Notes: a model not told the origin generated them from the letters alone. Positions 18,907 to 45,632 are shown, counted from the first letter of the stretch. The stretch is DNA of 64,000 bases from the human T2T-CHM13v2.0 reference genome, Homo sapiens (GCF_009914755.1 NC_060939.1), one strand, 5' to 3'. Numbers and translations: made by a program.

Positions 18907-19687
18907 CTATTAGGAATATATAATTTCTAAGTAAAATTTATTTTGGAAATAAAGGAACTTTTACATTACCGATGACATTTATCAAAGAAAACAAATGGCT
19001 TTGCTAAATTCACTTTAAACAAATACTTTAAAATATTAATACTTCAAGATAAACCATGTACACATATATTTTTATTAAAAATGTAAGATATATACAAGAG
19101 GGTAATACATACTTTAAAAACATATTCATTCTCACTAAAAAGGAATGCCAATCAAACCAGAATACTTCATTAACAGATAAACTAAGAAAAAAAAAAGGAA
19201 AAAAGAAAAGAAAAGAACATATAATGATAATAAGCCTATTGTTAAGAACTTTTATTTTCATGCTTACACATAATATCAGTAAGGGAAGAATGCAGTAAAT
19301 ACAACAAAGTCACAAGTTAAGTGGGAATTAAGGAATTAATACATAATCTAGAATTGCATTTTTGTCCTAGTGCCACAGTTTATTAGCAACATGACCTTAA
19401 CCAAAGTATGTTATCCCTCTGAACCTCAATTTTCTTATTTGTAAATGGGGATAATTTACCACATTATCTGCCTTACCTACTTTGCTTAGCTATTATAAGT
19501 GTCAAATGGGTAAAAGATGGGAGAGTTCATTAATTCTTACATGTTACATACATGTAAGGTACTGTTATATAGCCTAAAAGGTATTAGTAAAAAGCAAAAG
19601 ATGTAATTCCTATTCAGAATGTCCCCTGACTCCCAATCTGCTTTAGGGAAGTAATAAACTCATAATGAGGATATAGTGAGATCTTAC

Positions 19688-19793
19688 CTTCTAGTATTAT
19701 AACTACTGTATCCCATATGATTCGAAATGTTGTAAAAGCCACAAGTAATGAAAATACGTATGTACAGATGGGATCAGCAATCTTGTATTCTGG
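19688..19793 (-). CDS. SLC30A4: SLC30A4 exon 6 ([15 protein letters not shown]...VIILE)
   Basis: Manual translation; acceptor ctttag|CCA; donor GAAG|GTAAGA; 106 nt; ADPICT is the ZnT TM6 motif. Confidence 0.95.
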
Positions 19794-20070
19794 CTAAAGG
19801 GTAATAGATCAAAATTTATGATTAAATAGACAAATATAAAACAGACTGCAAAGCAAAGCAAGGAATATGTCCCTTCTTGCTTGATTTTCTTTAGCAGAAT
19901 TACAGAATACCTTTAAAACTTGGATATTGTAATTGAAAAGCATCTTCACTCTATCCTAGACAGTTTACGTTACTTGCCTCATGGGACCTATTTCCAGAAA
20001 TGTAATCACTTGTTCTATTGTTCCTTGTGCCATCTCTAAATGTTCTAGAATATCAGAGCTGGAAAGAAGT

Positions 20071-20071
<1 letters not shown>

Positions 20072-20109
<38 letters not shown>

Positions 20110-20121
20110 AGAGCTGGAAAG

Positions 20122-20163
<42 letters not shown>
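20072..20163. repeat. Compound (GT)n microsatellite with a duplicated 16-bp spacer
   Basis: tcagagctggaaagaa-(gt)n occurs twice in tandem. Confidence 0.95.
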
Positions 20164-20164
<1 letters not shown>

Positions 20165-20339
20165 GCCCAGGTTGCTCTTGAACTCCTGGGCTCAACTGAT
20201 CCTCCAGCCTCAGCTGGGATTATAGGCACAGCCACTGTACTCAGCTCTGGAAAAAGTTTTAGCAGCCACTAGTTTAAGCCCCTTGTAATAAAGAAGAGGG
20301 AACTCAAGTTTAGAGTTCAGGTATTTGCTTTCAAGGTCA

Positions 20340-20771
<432 letters not shown>

Positions 20772-21001
20772 TTATCCAGTGAAGGCACTACAAAAGCCAA
20801 ATACAGATAAGTTACCCTGTGACGTGATATCATTTTGTTTACTGCTAACAAAAGAACTATAATGATTGTCAAGTAAACTTACATCAATGTAAAATGAATA
20901 GAACTGGCACTGGTGTCCAGTATACTGATATGACAATCAGCCTTAGTTTTCATGTTGAAATTAAGTACATTTTAAAATAGAAAAATTACCAATCATATTA
21001 C

Positions 21002-21203
21002 CTTGAATCGTATGATGTATGCAGCTATTAGCACACCAACACTCTGTACCAAATCTCCCAAAGCATGTACAAATGCAGCTCTCACTGCCAGGCTATCCTG
21101 CCCATGGTTACGTTCACACCCAGAACCTCTGGTAGGGGAATTTGAAGGCAGGGAGTGGGAATGGGAGTGACGGTGACCAGACTGGTTCAACAGAAACCCC
21201 ATT
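21002..21203 (-). CDS. SLC30A4: SLC30A4 exon 5 (His-rich loop HRHSHSHS; TM5 HALGD)
   Basis: ORF 20993..21256; acceptor taacag|A; donor AAG|GTAATA; 202 nt. Confidence 0.96.
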
Positions 21204-21289
21204 CTGTTAAAAATAAAAGAAAACATTATTATTTTTCCCAATATTGACAAAAACATTTGTCACTAGTCAGACACTAATGAGGTAACATG

Positions 21290-21990
21290 GAACTCATTTA
21301 TTTAATAAATTTGGAGCAACTATTATTTATCAGTACTGTTCTAGGTACTTGGGTCAAAACAGTGGTAAGATAGACATATCCCTACCCCCATGGAGCTTAT
21401 GTTCTAGTAGAGAAGGCAGAGAAGCCAACAAATAAGTACATAAGGTATAGCCAGGCAATGTGAAATGCTTTGGAGAAACATAAAGCATTGTAAGGGGATG
21501 GAGGATGATGGGCAGAGTGGTAAGGGAAGGCCTCTCAGATTTTCTCTAAGCAGATACCTGAAGGAGGTCAGAGAGCAAGTGGTGGAAGAGTGTTCTAGGC
21601 GGAAGAATAGCAGAGCAAAGGCCCCAACATGAAAATGTGCTCTGTGTACTTGAAAAAAGAAAGCAGCCACTGTGGGCCAGAATAAAGTGAGCAAAAGTGC
21701 TAGGAGATGAGTGGTAGAGGTACACAGAGTCTTACTAACAAGGCTGCAGTAAAAATTTGATTACATTCAGGGACTGTTGTGGGGTGGGGGGAGGGGGGAG
21801 GGATAGCATTAGGAGATATACCTAATGCTAAATGACGAGTTAATGGGTACAGCACACCAACATGGCACATGTATACATATGTAACAAACCTGCACGTTGT
21901 GCACATGTACCCTAAAACTTAAAGTATAATAATAATAAAATTTAGAAAAAAATTCATTTCATTCTAAGTACAAATAGAAGCCACTAGGGC
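21290..21990. mobile_element. L2 fragment interrupted by an L1PA 3' end
   Basis: L2-like ...gtactgttctaggtacttggg...ccccatggagcttatgttctagt...gtgttctaggcggaagaatagcagagcaaaggcc. Confidence 0.65.
21769..21950 (+). mobile_element. 5'-truncated L1PA (PA3-5-like) 3' end, ~180 bp
   Basis: G-rich tract, ggagatatacctaatgctaaatgacgagttaatggg...ccctaaaacttaaagtataataataa; degenerate TSD aaaaatttgattacattc / aaaaattcatttcattc. Confidence 0.9.
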
Positions 21991-22217
21991 AGGGATTGGT
22001 AAACTGTGGCTGGTAGATCATATTTGGCTCACTGATTTTTTTTTTGTACATAAAGTTTTATTGGAACACAGCCATGTTCATTTGTTTACATGCTAAGTGT
22101 GGCTGCTTTTGTTTTATAACAAGTGTTGAGTAGCTTTGAAAGAGAATATATAGATCTCAAAGCTTAAAATATTTACTATCTAGCCTTTTACAGAAAAAAA
22201 ATTGCTGACTCTGGTCT
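21990..22217. mobile_element. MER58A-like MITE
   Basis: cagggattggtaaactgtggc...aaagttttattggaacacagcc...aaaatatttactatctagcctttta. Confidence 0.75.
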
Positions 22218-22888
22218 AAATGATTAAATCTGTTAACTTCAACTTTATTATTTTTTGTTTGTTTGTTTTTAAGACAGGGTTTTGCTCTGTTGCCCAGGCT
22301 GGAGTGCAGTGGCCCAATCATAGCTCAATGCAGTCTTGATTGCCTGTGCTCAAGTGACCTTCCCACTTTAGCCTCCCAAGTGGCTGGGACCATAGGCACG
22401 AGCCACCGTGCCTGGCTAATTTTTATTTTTAGAAGAGATGAGGTCTCACTATGTTGGCCAGGCTGTCTTGAACTCTAGAGCGCAAGTGATCTTCCCACCT
22501 TGGCCTCCCAAATTGTTGGGACTATAGGTGTGAACCACTGTATGTGGCCTAACTTAAACTTTCAAAACTTTCTTCCCTAAAAAGTTTTAAGGGAAAAAAA
22601 TTGATAGCTTAAGAAAAAAAATCTAGTTAACACAAAAGTATTCTAAAAGTTAAACAAGAACAAAAAACTTTGTCCTACTTAAATTCATGATTTTGACTCA
22701 ATCTCCAATATACCTGGGCAAACTAATGAGGAATTTATAACGTCCATAGTGTTTCATTTATCAGAAAAGTTAATGAGTTATATCATTTTTAAAATATCAA
22801 AATATCACTGAATATTACTGAATGCATATGCAATAGTCTCTGAGTTCACAGTACTTGAAAATATTAATGTGAAAAAAATAGAGCTTAC

Positions 22889-23042
22889 ATTACATTAACT
22901 GCAACTCCAACAGCTGCGGTGATGAGCATTATATCTCCATTTATTTCATAGTTCATATGGATAGTTCTTTGCACAGCTTCATATAAGAGGAATCCCATAA
23001 GTATATACACCAACAGCACACTAATCATAGCTGACAAAACCT
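22889..23042 (-). CDS. SLC30A4: SLC30A4 exon 4 ([11 protein letters not shown]...AVGVAVNV)
   Basis: ORF 22885..23082; acceptor ccctctag|AG; donor AT|GTAAGC; 154 nt, in phase with neighbouring exons. Confidence 0.95.
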
Positions 23043-23745
23043 CTAGAGGGAAAAACACATATAACAAATACATTTTCAGCATGGTTACTACACTTCATAC
23101 CAACTAAATATTATATAGTCTTTTTTATATTCTTTCCTCTAAGGAGATAAAAGCCCTCTATTGTTTCTGTCACGTCATTTTTCTTATTTATTTTTTTGAG
23201 ACAGGGTCTCACTCTGTCACCCAGGCTGGAATGTAGTGGCCTGATCATGCATGGTTCACTGCAGCCTTGATCTCCCAGGCTCAAGTGATCCTCCCATCTC
23301 AGCCTCCAAGTAGCTGGTACTATAGGCACATGCCACCACACCTGGCTAATCATTTTTCTTATTTAAAATGTGTTTAGCACTTACAGAAAAAAAAAGTGGT
23401 TAGCAGCTTGACTGATATGGATCCTCCACTAATTTACCCTTACCTCTCCCTACCCTCCACTCCTCTCTCTCCAGGGTCAAATTATGTATATTTACAGACC
23501 ATGCACAAGGTAGAAAATGACAAAATGAGAAAAAATATTTGTCACGTATGTGATCACAGACTAATTTCTTGATAGAAAAAAGTACACTCAAAAGTCAGTA
23601 ACAGGTAAGGTGTGGTGGCTCATGCCTGTAATCCTCCAACACTTTGGGAGGCTGAGACGGAAGGATCACTTGAGCCCATGAGTTTGAGATCAGCCTAGGC
23701 AACATAGTGAGACTCCGTCTCTCTTGGTTTTTCCCTTCCCTTCAT

Positions 23746-23848
23746 GTCAAATGGGTAATGTGCCAACGTTGTAACAAGGTTCCAGGGTGGCACGTCTCAC
23801 ACATGTATGTGAACACCTAATTATCAAGCTCATGAACTACAAGAGGAT
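23746..23848 (-). pseudogene. U13 snoRNA (SNORD13) retropseudogene inserted in an Alu
   Basis: Reverse complement reads ATCCTCTTGTAGTTCATGAGCTTGATAATTAGGTGTTCAC...ACCTTGTTACAACGTTGGCACATTACCCATTTGAC, colinear with U13. Purine-rich tail; ~14-bp TSD (23709-23722 / 23850-23863); boxes C and D mutated. Confidence 0.88.
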
Positions 23849-23876
23849 CAAGACTCTATCTCTAAAAAACACATTA

Positions 23877-24044
<168 letters not shown>

Positions 24045-25231
24045 TCATAATAAACAGAAATGGCCAAATTCTCAAAATCAGTCATAATAAATGAAATTCA
24101 GATAGGAATAAGATTTATTTCCTCCTATTAAATTGGCAAACTTTTTTTAAAAATCAAAAGTTTGATAATAGCCAGAGTTAGCAAGGATCTACCGGTGGAA
24201 GTATCAAATAGTATTACCTTTTTAGAGAGCCAATTGGTAAAACTAATCAAAACTTAAAATGTGTACATTACTTGATCTAACAATTGTACTTTTAGGACTC
24301 TACTTGATAGAAACACCTGCATGTGTGCAAAGATATCTACAAGGCTTTCACTGTAGCATTGTCTGTAGCATCCAAAAAAAAAAAAAAAAAAACTCTGGAG
24401 ACATCCTAAATGTCCACCAAAGAGGAACTTCATAAGTTATGATTTATACATATATAGTGGGGATACCACACAACCATTTATTTTTTAAAAAAGGAAAAGA
24501 AGAAAAAAAATCAAACAAATTGATAATCACAAGAAAGTATTACATTTGGGAAGTGGTACTAGAAGTTTAGGGGATTTATTTTTCACTGCATTATTTTTGG
24601 TAATATTTAAAGTGTTTTAAGTTTTTACCATAAATGCATATTACCTTTAGACTAAAAAAATTTTCTTAAGGCATGCAAATATTCATGCCTTCATGAAGGC
24701 TATTAATTAAACGTTGTATATAATAGCAAATTATTGGAAACAACCAAAAAAGTGATTAGTAGGGACCTTGTAAGGTGGAATACTATGCATGTATAAAGAA
24801 GAAAAGAGCTTATTCTGGTAAGGAATAATGCCCAAAACATAGTGTTATGTGAAAAAAAGCAAAGTACACAACTGTGTATGATACATTACCATTTGTATAA
24901 AAAAAAAGAAAAAAGAGAATATATAAATAATCACCTGTAAATGCAATCTCCAGAAGGATTATACAAAATACTCATAAAAAACTAGTTATCTTGGGTGAGG
25001 AGAACTGGTGGCTGGGAGACAGGGATGACCTTGCCCTATATATGCTTTTGTACCATTTGAGTTTTTTACTATATAAATATGAAGCAAAATAATTTTGTAT
25101 CTTTTCAAAATAACAAAAAGAGCAATGTGAAGTACATTTAAAAACAGTAAGGCCAGACGCGGTGGCTTATGCCTGTAATCCCAGCACTTTGGGAGACCAA
25201 GGCGGGCGGATCACCTGAGGTCAGGATTTCA

Positions 25232-25441
<210 letters not shown>

Positions 25442-26626
25442 TTAACCCTCAAACAATAAAAGGAAGAAAATAATTTAAGGAATATTTTTCCTTTAGAGAA
25501 ACCTGACACTAATCCTGTAAGTGTTAATAGGTAAAATAATCTGGAAAACTGTTATGTGGAACAACTCATTGCTCAAAAGTTGGTTAAGTATATTGGACTC
25601 TGACACATTTTCATTTCAATTTATAAATTATAACACAAAAAAATTATCTAGCAATTATAGGCTATTTCCTGAAGACACCTAATGTAGTTAAAACTCCTAT
25701 AAAAACCGCTGGGCATGGTGGCTCACGCCTGTAGTCCCAGCACTTTGGGAGGCCGAGGCGGGCGGATCACAAGGTCAGGAGTTCGAGACCAGCCTGGCCA
25801 ATATGGTGAAACACTATCTCTACTAAAAGTACAAAAATTAGCTGGGCGTGGTGGCGGGCCCCTGTAGCCCCAGCTACTCAGGAGGCTGAGGCAGGAGAAT
25901 TGCTTGAACCTGGGAGGGTGGAGATTGCAGTGAGCTGAGATTATGCCACTGCAACCCAGCCTGGCCGACAGAGTGAGACTCTGTCTCAAAAACAAAAACA
26001 AAAAAAACACTCCTATAAAAACCTATGCATCAACAGAACAGATATAAGAATAAAACAAAAACATACCATTTCTATTCAAAAACCATGGAACACCTATTTC
26101 TAACATACAGATAATCATACTTTGAAAGAGATTAATATATTTTTAAAAGAGATATAAGCTGAAAAAGAGAAAAGACCAAATGAAATATACAAAGCTATGG
26201 AGAGACCTCTATATTAAGTACAGACTATACACTCTTTGAGGATATGGTCCAAGTCTTATTACATGTCATATTTACTGTAGTACTTAGGAGAGTAGTTCAC
26301 ATTGATAGCAGGTATTCAAATATTTATGGATGATTTTTTAGAATGAAATTAGTCAAGGGTTAAGCAAGGGAAGATGATAAAAGGCTATACAATTAAGAAA
26401 ATGAAGCTAAATATGAATAATAGGTTATTACTTAATACCCCAAAAAACAAAAAGTAAATAAGTTAAAAGAGAAGGTGTAAGCCAAATAAAAAAAACACAA
26501 GGGATTTCTTGTCAAAGTTATAACTGCTGATGGTGAAGTACACATATAAAAATACTGTAAAGAGGCTGGGTGCGGTAGCTCATACCTGTAATCCCAGCAC
26601 TTTGGGAGGCCCAGGTGGGCGGATCA

Positions 26627-26953
<327 letters not shown>

Positions 26954-27003
26954 TTAACCAAGTACCAAGGCTGAAGCTAGCAGTTAGCTCACCATAGTTT
27001 TTA

Positions 27004-27267
<264 letters not shown>

Positions 27268-27447
27268 CTACACTCCAGCCAGGGTGAGAGTGAGACCCCT
27301 GTCTCTCAAAAAAAAAAAAAATTACAAAGCAATACACTTTACACTTATAAAGATTCACAGCCACATAAGTTAATGACATAGAGATGTGCTTGGTTATGAA
27401 AATTTAAAATTCATAATTAAAAATTACTTCAAAACCCCTTATATAAT

Positions 27448-27720
27448 TAGGTTGTCTATACTTTCCAATTTTTCTGGGATAGTCCTAGTTTATGTTTGCT
27501 GTTCTGGCATAATTATGAATAGAGCCCCGTTTCACTCTCAAAACTGTTCTGGTTTGGATGATAAATTATAGTTACCCTAGTAGGTCTGTCAGATATAATA
27601 TTGGATGCCCAGTTAAATTTGTATTTCAGACAACAAATAATTTTTTAGTGTAAGTATGTCCTACGCAGTATTTCAGATATATTAGGCATCCTATGAGTAT
27701 GCTAAATCTGGCAAATCCCA
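27448..27720. mobile_element. Adjacent hAT MITEs (MER94-like 27448-27579; MER53-like ~27582-27720)
   Basis: ...ggtttggatgataaattatagttaccct and ggatgcccagttaaatttgtatttcagacaacaaataattttttagtgtaagtatgtcc. Confidence 0.6.
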
Positions 27721-28998
27721 CACTCCAGTGATTTTACTAAACCACTTAAAAATCGCCTTTTTGTGAATTCTCAGATAAGGCAAACCTACATTCAAGATAA
27801 AGTGAAATGAAAGTCAAACACAGCGCATGAACAGAGCTCCTTGGCAGAAGGACTCCCACCCTTACAAGGCCCACTATATTCTGGCAGCCTGCAGCTGAAA
27901 AGTCAGTTCTCTATGCCACAGTTTTCACTCACATGAGAAGGATAAGAGATTCTAATACCTGCCTACGTTAACAGTAATGGAATTCAGCTGATTTCTAGAA
28001 ACTCCCAAAATGGCATATTAAGATACTGCTATCAATGATATCCCTTTTCTAGTCATTAATAAGGAATGTGCCTCATTAATAAGGAATGTTGTTCCCTTGG
28101 TGAAAAGCAAAGACACTAGTCTGTTATCTTTTATAACAGTTATATGTCTTCTGGGATATAGACATATATCCCAAAATGTCTTCTGGGATAGAGTAGTAAT
28201 AAATGCAAAAGGGAAAAAAAGTAAACTTTTAAGTAGATTGTTAGGGCTGAGATTTATAATTGGAAGTATAAAGCAAAGACAATACTATCTAACTAAAAAT
28301 TCTAAGAGCAGAAATATAATCATTTATTCTGATAAAACAAAAAGCTCTTTCATTTGAATACATTAAGCTTTGGTGAAATACCATAAATAGGACTAACTTA
28401 GGGTTTAAAAATTTTTCCTTCATAATATTCTTAACATGATGGAATGCAGATAAAAACGGGCAAGATTCCGCTCCCTCCCACTCCCCCATTTAAGAGAGAG
28501 GGAAGCTTTCAATCAACAACCAAATTATGACCTGCTCCAATTTTCTCATTCTTGTTCTGGGTTGGTCTTCGGTCACATAACTTACAATAAAGTTTTCCAA
28601 GACAAAAGGAGTAAATTTCGGATTACTATTTCATTTTCTTAAAAGAGACTCAGGAACTTTCACAATTAAAATTCTGGATTTCTGTGAAAGCTACCACCCC
28701 ATTAGCTTTAGGTAAATTCGTTTTTTTAAATAGAGACAGGGTATCACTATGTTGGCCAGGTTGGTCTTAAACTCCTTGCCTCAAGCAGTCCTCTCACCTC
28801 AGCCACTTTAAGTGAACTTGAATGGTCATCTTTCAATCAAAATAGAAATTTAGCATTTAAAAGTCTTGAAAAATGGCCGGATGTGGTAGCTCATGCCTAC
28901 AATCCCTGCACTTTGGGAAGCTGAGGAGGACAGATTGCTTGAGCCCAGGAGTTTGAGACCAGCCTGGGAAACATGGTGAAATCCCATCTCTGAAAATA

Positions 28999-29041
<43 letters not shown>

Positions 29042-29214
29042 AATAAATAGGTGTGGTAGCACATGCCTACAGTTCTAGCTACTCGGGAGGCTGAGGTGGA
29101 AGGATAGCTTGAGCACAGGAGGTCAAGACTGTAGTGAGCCTTGATCATGCCACTGCACTTCAGCCTGGGCAACAGAGCAAGTCCCTGTCTCAGAAAAAAA
29201 AAAGATTTTTATGA

Positions 29215-29565
<351 letters not shown>

Positions 29566-30492
29566 TAAGTCTACACATACATAATTAAATCACTCCACTT
29601 GGCTGAACTGGAGCATGAGAGGAGGGAGTAAGATGAGTTAATATGTGTATTTGCTACAAGATCACGGGTCTTTTCATTTGGCTGAAATACAAACAAATGT
29701 TTATAGTCAATGATCTAATAAAAACTAAAATACACCCTGAATTTCATATATAGAGAATAAACAGTTTGAATGGCTAATAAATGCTAAAAGAAAAAAATAA
29801 ATAGGAGAAAACATAGATGATTATCAAGTTTTAATAGTACTATATGAAAATTGTTTACTGCATATTTTAAAACATCAATAAATTGCCAAAACTAGGAGTT
29901 TTCAAGGTTCACATGAAAAACACTGGATTCCTTCGCTGTCATCCTCTGTTATTTTCCATCAAGTACCTTATTCTTTCTCTTCCTAGGATTTATTACAATT
30001 TATTATTATTTTTATGTTTGTATACATATGTACTACCTATTTCCCCACCTATACTATTATTCATTCATTCAACAAGTAACTATGAGGCACTATAACAATA
30101 TTTGCTTCAACTATGTAAACCACACACAACCCAAACATATTTATTTTCATGGGTGTTGTATAAATGTACTGGCCTACCATAACTGTTAACTTTGCTAATG
30201 CTATGATGCCAATAATGAGTATTGTTCACTTAACAAAACTCAGTTACAGTTTCACTTAAACTATGTAACACTTGTCTTTCCATTGCTTAAAAAAACTATA
30301 TATAGCAAATATCTGAAGACAGGTTTCAGAGGTCTATAAAAATGAATAGGGAAGGAGAGTGGAGCTATATCCTCTCTTCTAATTCCTTTTGTGCTATTTT
30401 TCTTTTCTACCTTCTTCCAATAGAGGATAGGAAGGAAACAGAAGGAAAAAGAGTGGGCTATATTGGATTTGCCTAGGACTTCTAAACTAGTA

Positions 30493-30615
30493 CACGTTGA
30501 GCACCCCTAATGAGAAAATTCAAAATTCGAAATGCTCCAAAATTTGAAACTTTTTGAGCACCAATATGATGCTCAAAGGGGCATTTCAGATTTTGGATTA
30601 AGGATGCTCAACCTG
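30493..30615. mobile_element. Tigger4/Zombi (MER46)-type MITE
   Basis: TIRs CACGTTGAGCACCCCTAAT / ATTAAGGATGCTCAACCTG flanked by TA. Confidence 0.8.
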
Positions 30616-31246
30616 TATTTGTATTTCAACTCAGGCTAAAGACATCATAGAGGATTTTCAGTGGCCCACTGTCACCACCAGAATGGCAAGCTAAACTCCA
30701 AAGTTTGTCTTTCGATCTCCCCTTCCATTATAAATAATCTCCTACTTCTGCTTATTGCTCCCCCTACAACACACCCAAGATGCCTACTACTCTCAAGCTG
30801 ACGTCTAGCTATCCAGCGTGGACTACCTCACTCATGTCTTCTTTCAGCCTCAATAAAAACTCCCATCCCTAGGAAGTTCTAGGAATTTATTCTTTTCCTA
30901 TAGATGTTTATTTGATGTGATTAAATTCTAAGATGTGAATAATTAATAGGCATAACTTTTGTCAGTGGTGGGAGGAAGTTGTCAAAATGAATCACTAACT
31001 AGGAGATTATAGGTTATTTTTGGCTGTGTGTTTGCGGGAAGACTTCTTAGCTAAATAGTTTTCTATCCATAGAGCAAGAGGGGATAAAAAAATCCCAACT
31101 ACATGGAATTAGCATTGTAACCAGGTACCTAACCCAGGACAATCCATCATCTAGCCAGCTCTGCCAGGGTTTCTGCTCAGTAAAACTATGTATCATTAGG
31201 AAAGACATCTATCCTATACTGTCACTTAGCCATGAGCCTAGGCTGA

Positions 31247-42470
<11,224 letters not shown>

Positions 42471-43258
42471 TCTACAGTCTAAGTTTTTTTAGGCTAAAAA
42501 ATAAAAAAGATGATGAGGAATTGATTGATATATTAGCCAGGAGCATCAGTGTTCCTACAAAATGAAATTATCAGATATTAACTCTAGTTCTTTGAGGCAA
42601 GTTTTGCTGAAGCTACTTAAATGTCAACTTTTGGGTTCTACTTTTGAGTCTGACATCTGGGTAAATGTTACTTCATATAATAGTTCAGGTAATTATTTTA
42701 TACATATTTTCAAAATAAGCAAAAAATTTAAAAACAGTAATACAGTAAGAAGCAGAGCTGTGTAGATAGCAATGTATGATTTTAACTCTTTATAATTAAA
42801 CATTAAAATTTGTTCAAAACAGGCAAATAAAAATGTGTGCATTTGCAGAATTATGTTGATACGATGGCTGCAGTCAAGTTCAGCCACACAGCATACATTA
42901 TACCTGTGATAGCTCTGCTTAAAATCTAAGCTATGGTAGCTTTGGCTGAAATACCTGAAGTAAAAGAGAGAAGCTAATGCTCATTAACGGGTTAAACCCA
43001 TGTGGTTTTGCTTTGTTCAATAAACTGAAAGTAAACTTTTTTCTGATGATATCTTCAGGACATAGGGAGCAACCTTTGAAGATTAATGATCATCATATAA
43101 TTTTATATGTGTAAACTGTTTAGCTGACTAGGCTAAATGTACCCTGGAAAAGATGTTTCTGAATAAATTTTGTTTATCTATTTTCATTTGCTTTGTTCAA
43201 ACAAGATATCACTGGAACGAGTTCAGTTAATCAGGGTTATAGTTCATTGTGGTTTTAC

Positions 43259-43372
43259 TATAAAATATTATAAAGCAAAAGAAACACCAACTACCTACCT
43301 AAGCGATGAAATCCAAAGGTGAATCTTTTGGTTGGTGATTTTGATGATAGCCACAAAGCAAGCAGGGTGAGT
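43259..43372 (+). promoter_or_regulatory. Candidate antisense TATA promoter and first-exon donor (possibly the 5' end of the HMGN2P46/C15orf21 or SLC30A4-AS1 antisense RNA)
   Basis: TATAAAA 43259-43265 and TATAAAG 43269-43275, followed by consensus donor CAGG|GTGAGT at 43366/43367. I recall antisense transcripts at this locus but have not verified them. Confidence 0.45.
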
Positions 43373-43445
43373 ATGATGGCGCTTAGGTCAGTTAACATAT
43401 GAAGTGCATCTGTCATGATTGCTAGGCTATTTGCAATGTATCCAC
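43299..43445 (-). CDS. SLC30A4: SLC30A4 exon 3 ([20 protein letters not shown]...FTFGFHRL)
   Basis: Manual translation (not in the ORF track); acceptor ctctaag|GT; donor TTAG|GTAGGT; 147 nt; contains the TM2 HxxxD motif and the CDF signature FTFGFHRLE. Confidence 0.95.
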
Positions 43446-43588
43446 CTTAGAGTTACAAGTAGGAGAAAAAAGGAACAAGTTAATTTTTTAAAAAAGCAAG
43501 CAATCAAACTAGAAATATGCAATATCCTACAAAACATGAACTTCTAACTAAATCTTTATCCCATTACAATTAAATCAAGGTATTCTGA

Positions 43589-43918
<330 letters not shown>

Positions 43919-44394
43919 TAGGCGTAAGCCAATGTGTCCAGCCAGAATATCCATTTCTAGTAACACATGCTGCAAGGAGTCAATGACCTTTAGAAAGTTA
44001 AGAACCACAAGGCAAATATATAGTGATTTTGTGTCTTGGTACTGAAGCTTTTGCTTAACTTACTAATTCTACTATTAGTGAATTAATAACCATATCTAAA
44101 TATTACAACAAAGCTGAAGAAAAGAAGGGTGTTCACTTGTTGAGGGGCGTTGGAACATAAAATTAAACTGAGAAAACCTACAAAATGTACATTAGTTCGA
44201 TATAAAATATGTAAAAATTAACTGATTCACTTAGCAACATCTCTGAAGAGGGGTACAAAAGGTAGTATTTAGGATACAATTTTTGTTATCGATTTTCCAG
44301 GCATTTAATATATATATTATACATTGTTTCATTGTGTGTCTGTATTGTCCCATAATGGACAACCAATTTTCCTAGCACTATTCACTGAATAAGC

Positions 44395-44581
44395 TTTTAT
44401 GTGTATCAGAATCACCTGGAGGGCTTGTTAAACTACAAACTGCTTAACTCTACTCCCAGAATTTCTGATTCGGTAGGTCTGGGATGGTGATGGGGATGGG
44501 ACCTGAGAATGTATATTGCTAACATGCTCCCAGGTAATGCTGATGCTTCAAGTCTTGGAACCACACTTCGAGAATCACTGT
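44395..44581. mobile_element. MER5A MITE
   Basis: tcagaatcacctggagggcttgttaaa...ccagaatttctgattcggtaggtctggg...ccacacttcgagaatcactg. Confidence 0.8.
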
Positions 44582-44892
44582 TATAATGTACAGCAGAACT
44601 GCATGATCAGGTAAGTGTGCTGAGCTGTTGATCCTCCTCATTCCTGAGCTGGGTGTGTAGAGACAAGAGCAGGAGACTAGGGGCTGATGATCTTTTAGTC
44701 ACATCCATTTACCCCAGAGTGCTCTATACAAATAGCATTTTTATGTATTCCCCGGCATGAAAAAGCTGGAAAGCACCAAGAGAAGGTTGGTGTTAAACAA
44801 CATGAAGTTTTGGAATCTCAGAAAGTCTGAATGAGTTAATTTTTTTGAGCTTTAGCATACTTATCATTTTATAATGAGGATAATTCCTTAAA

Positions 44893-45632
<740 letters not shown>

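Noticed and set aside
19965-20272. Poly-(HT) and poly-(CV) ORFs resembling metal-binding peptides
   Set aside because: Simple translations of the (GT)n microsatellite; their presence in a zinc gene is coincidental.
23746-23848. Functional intronic U13 snoRNA gene
   Set aside because: Box C and D are mutated, and the TSD and tail indicate a retrocopy.
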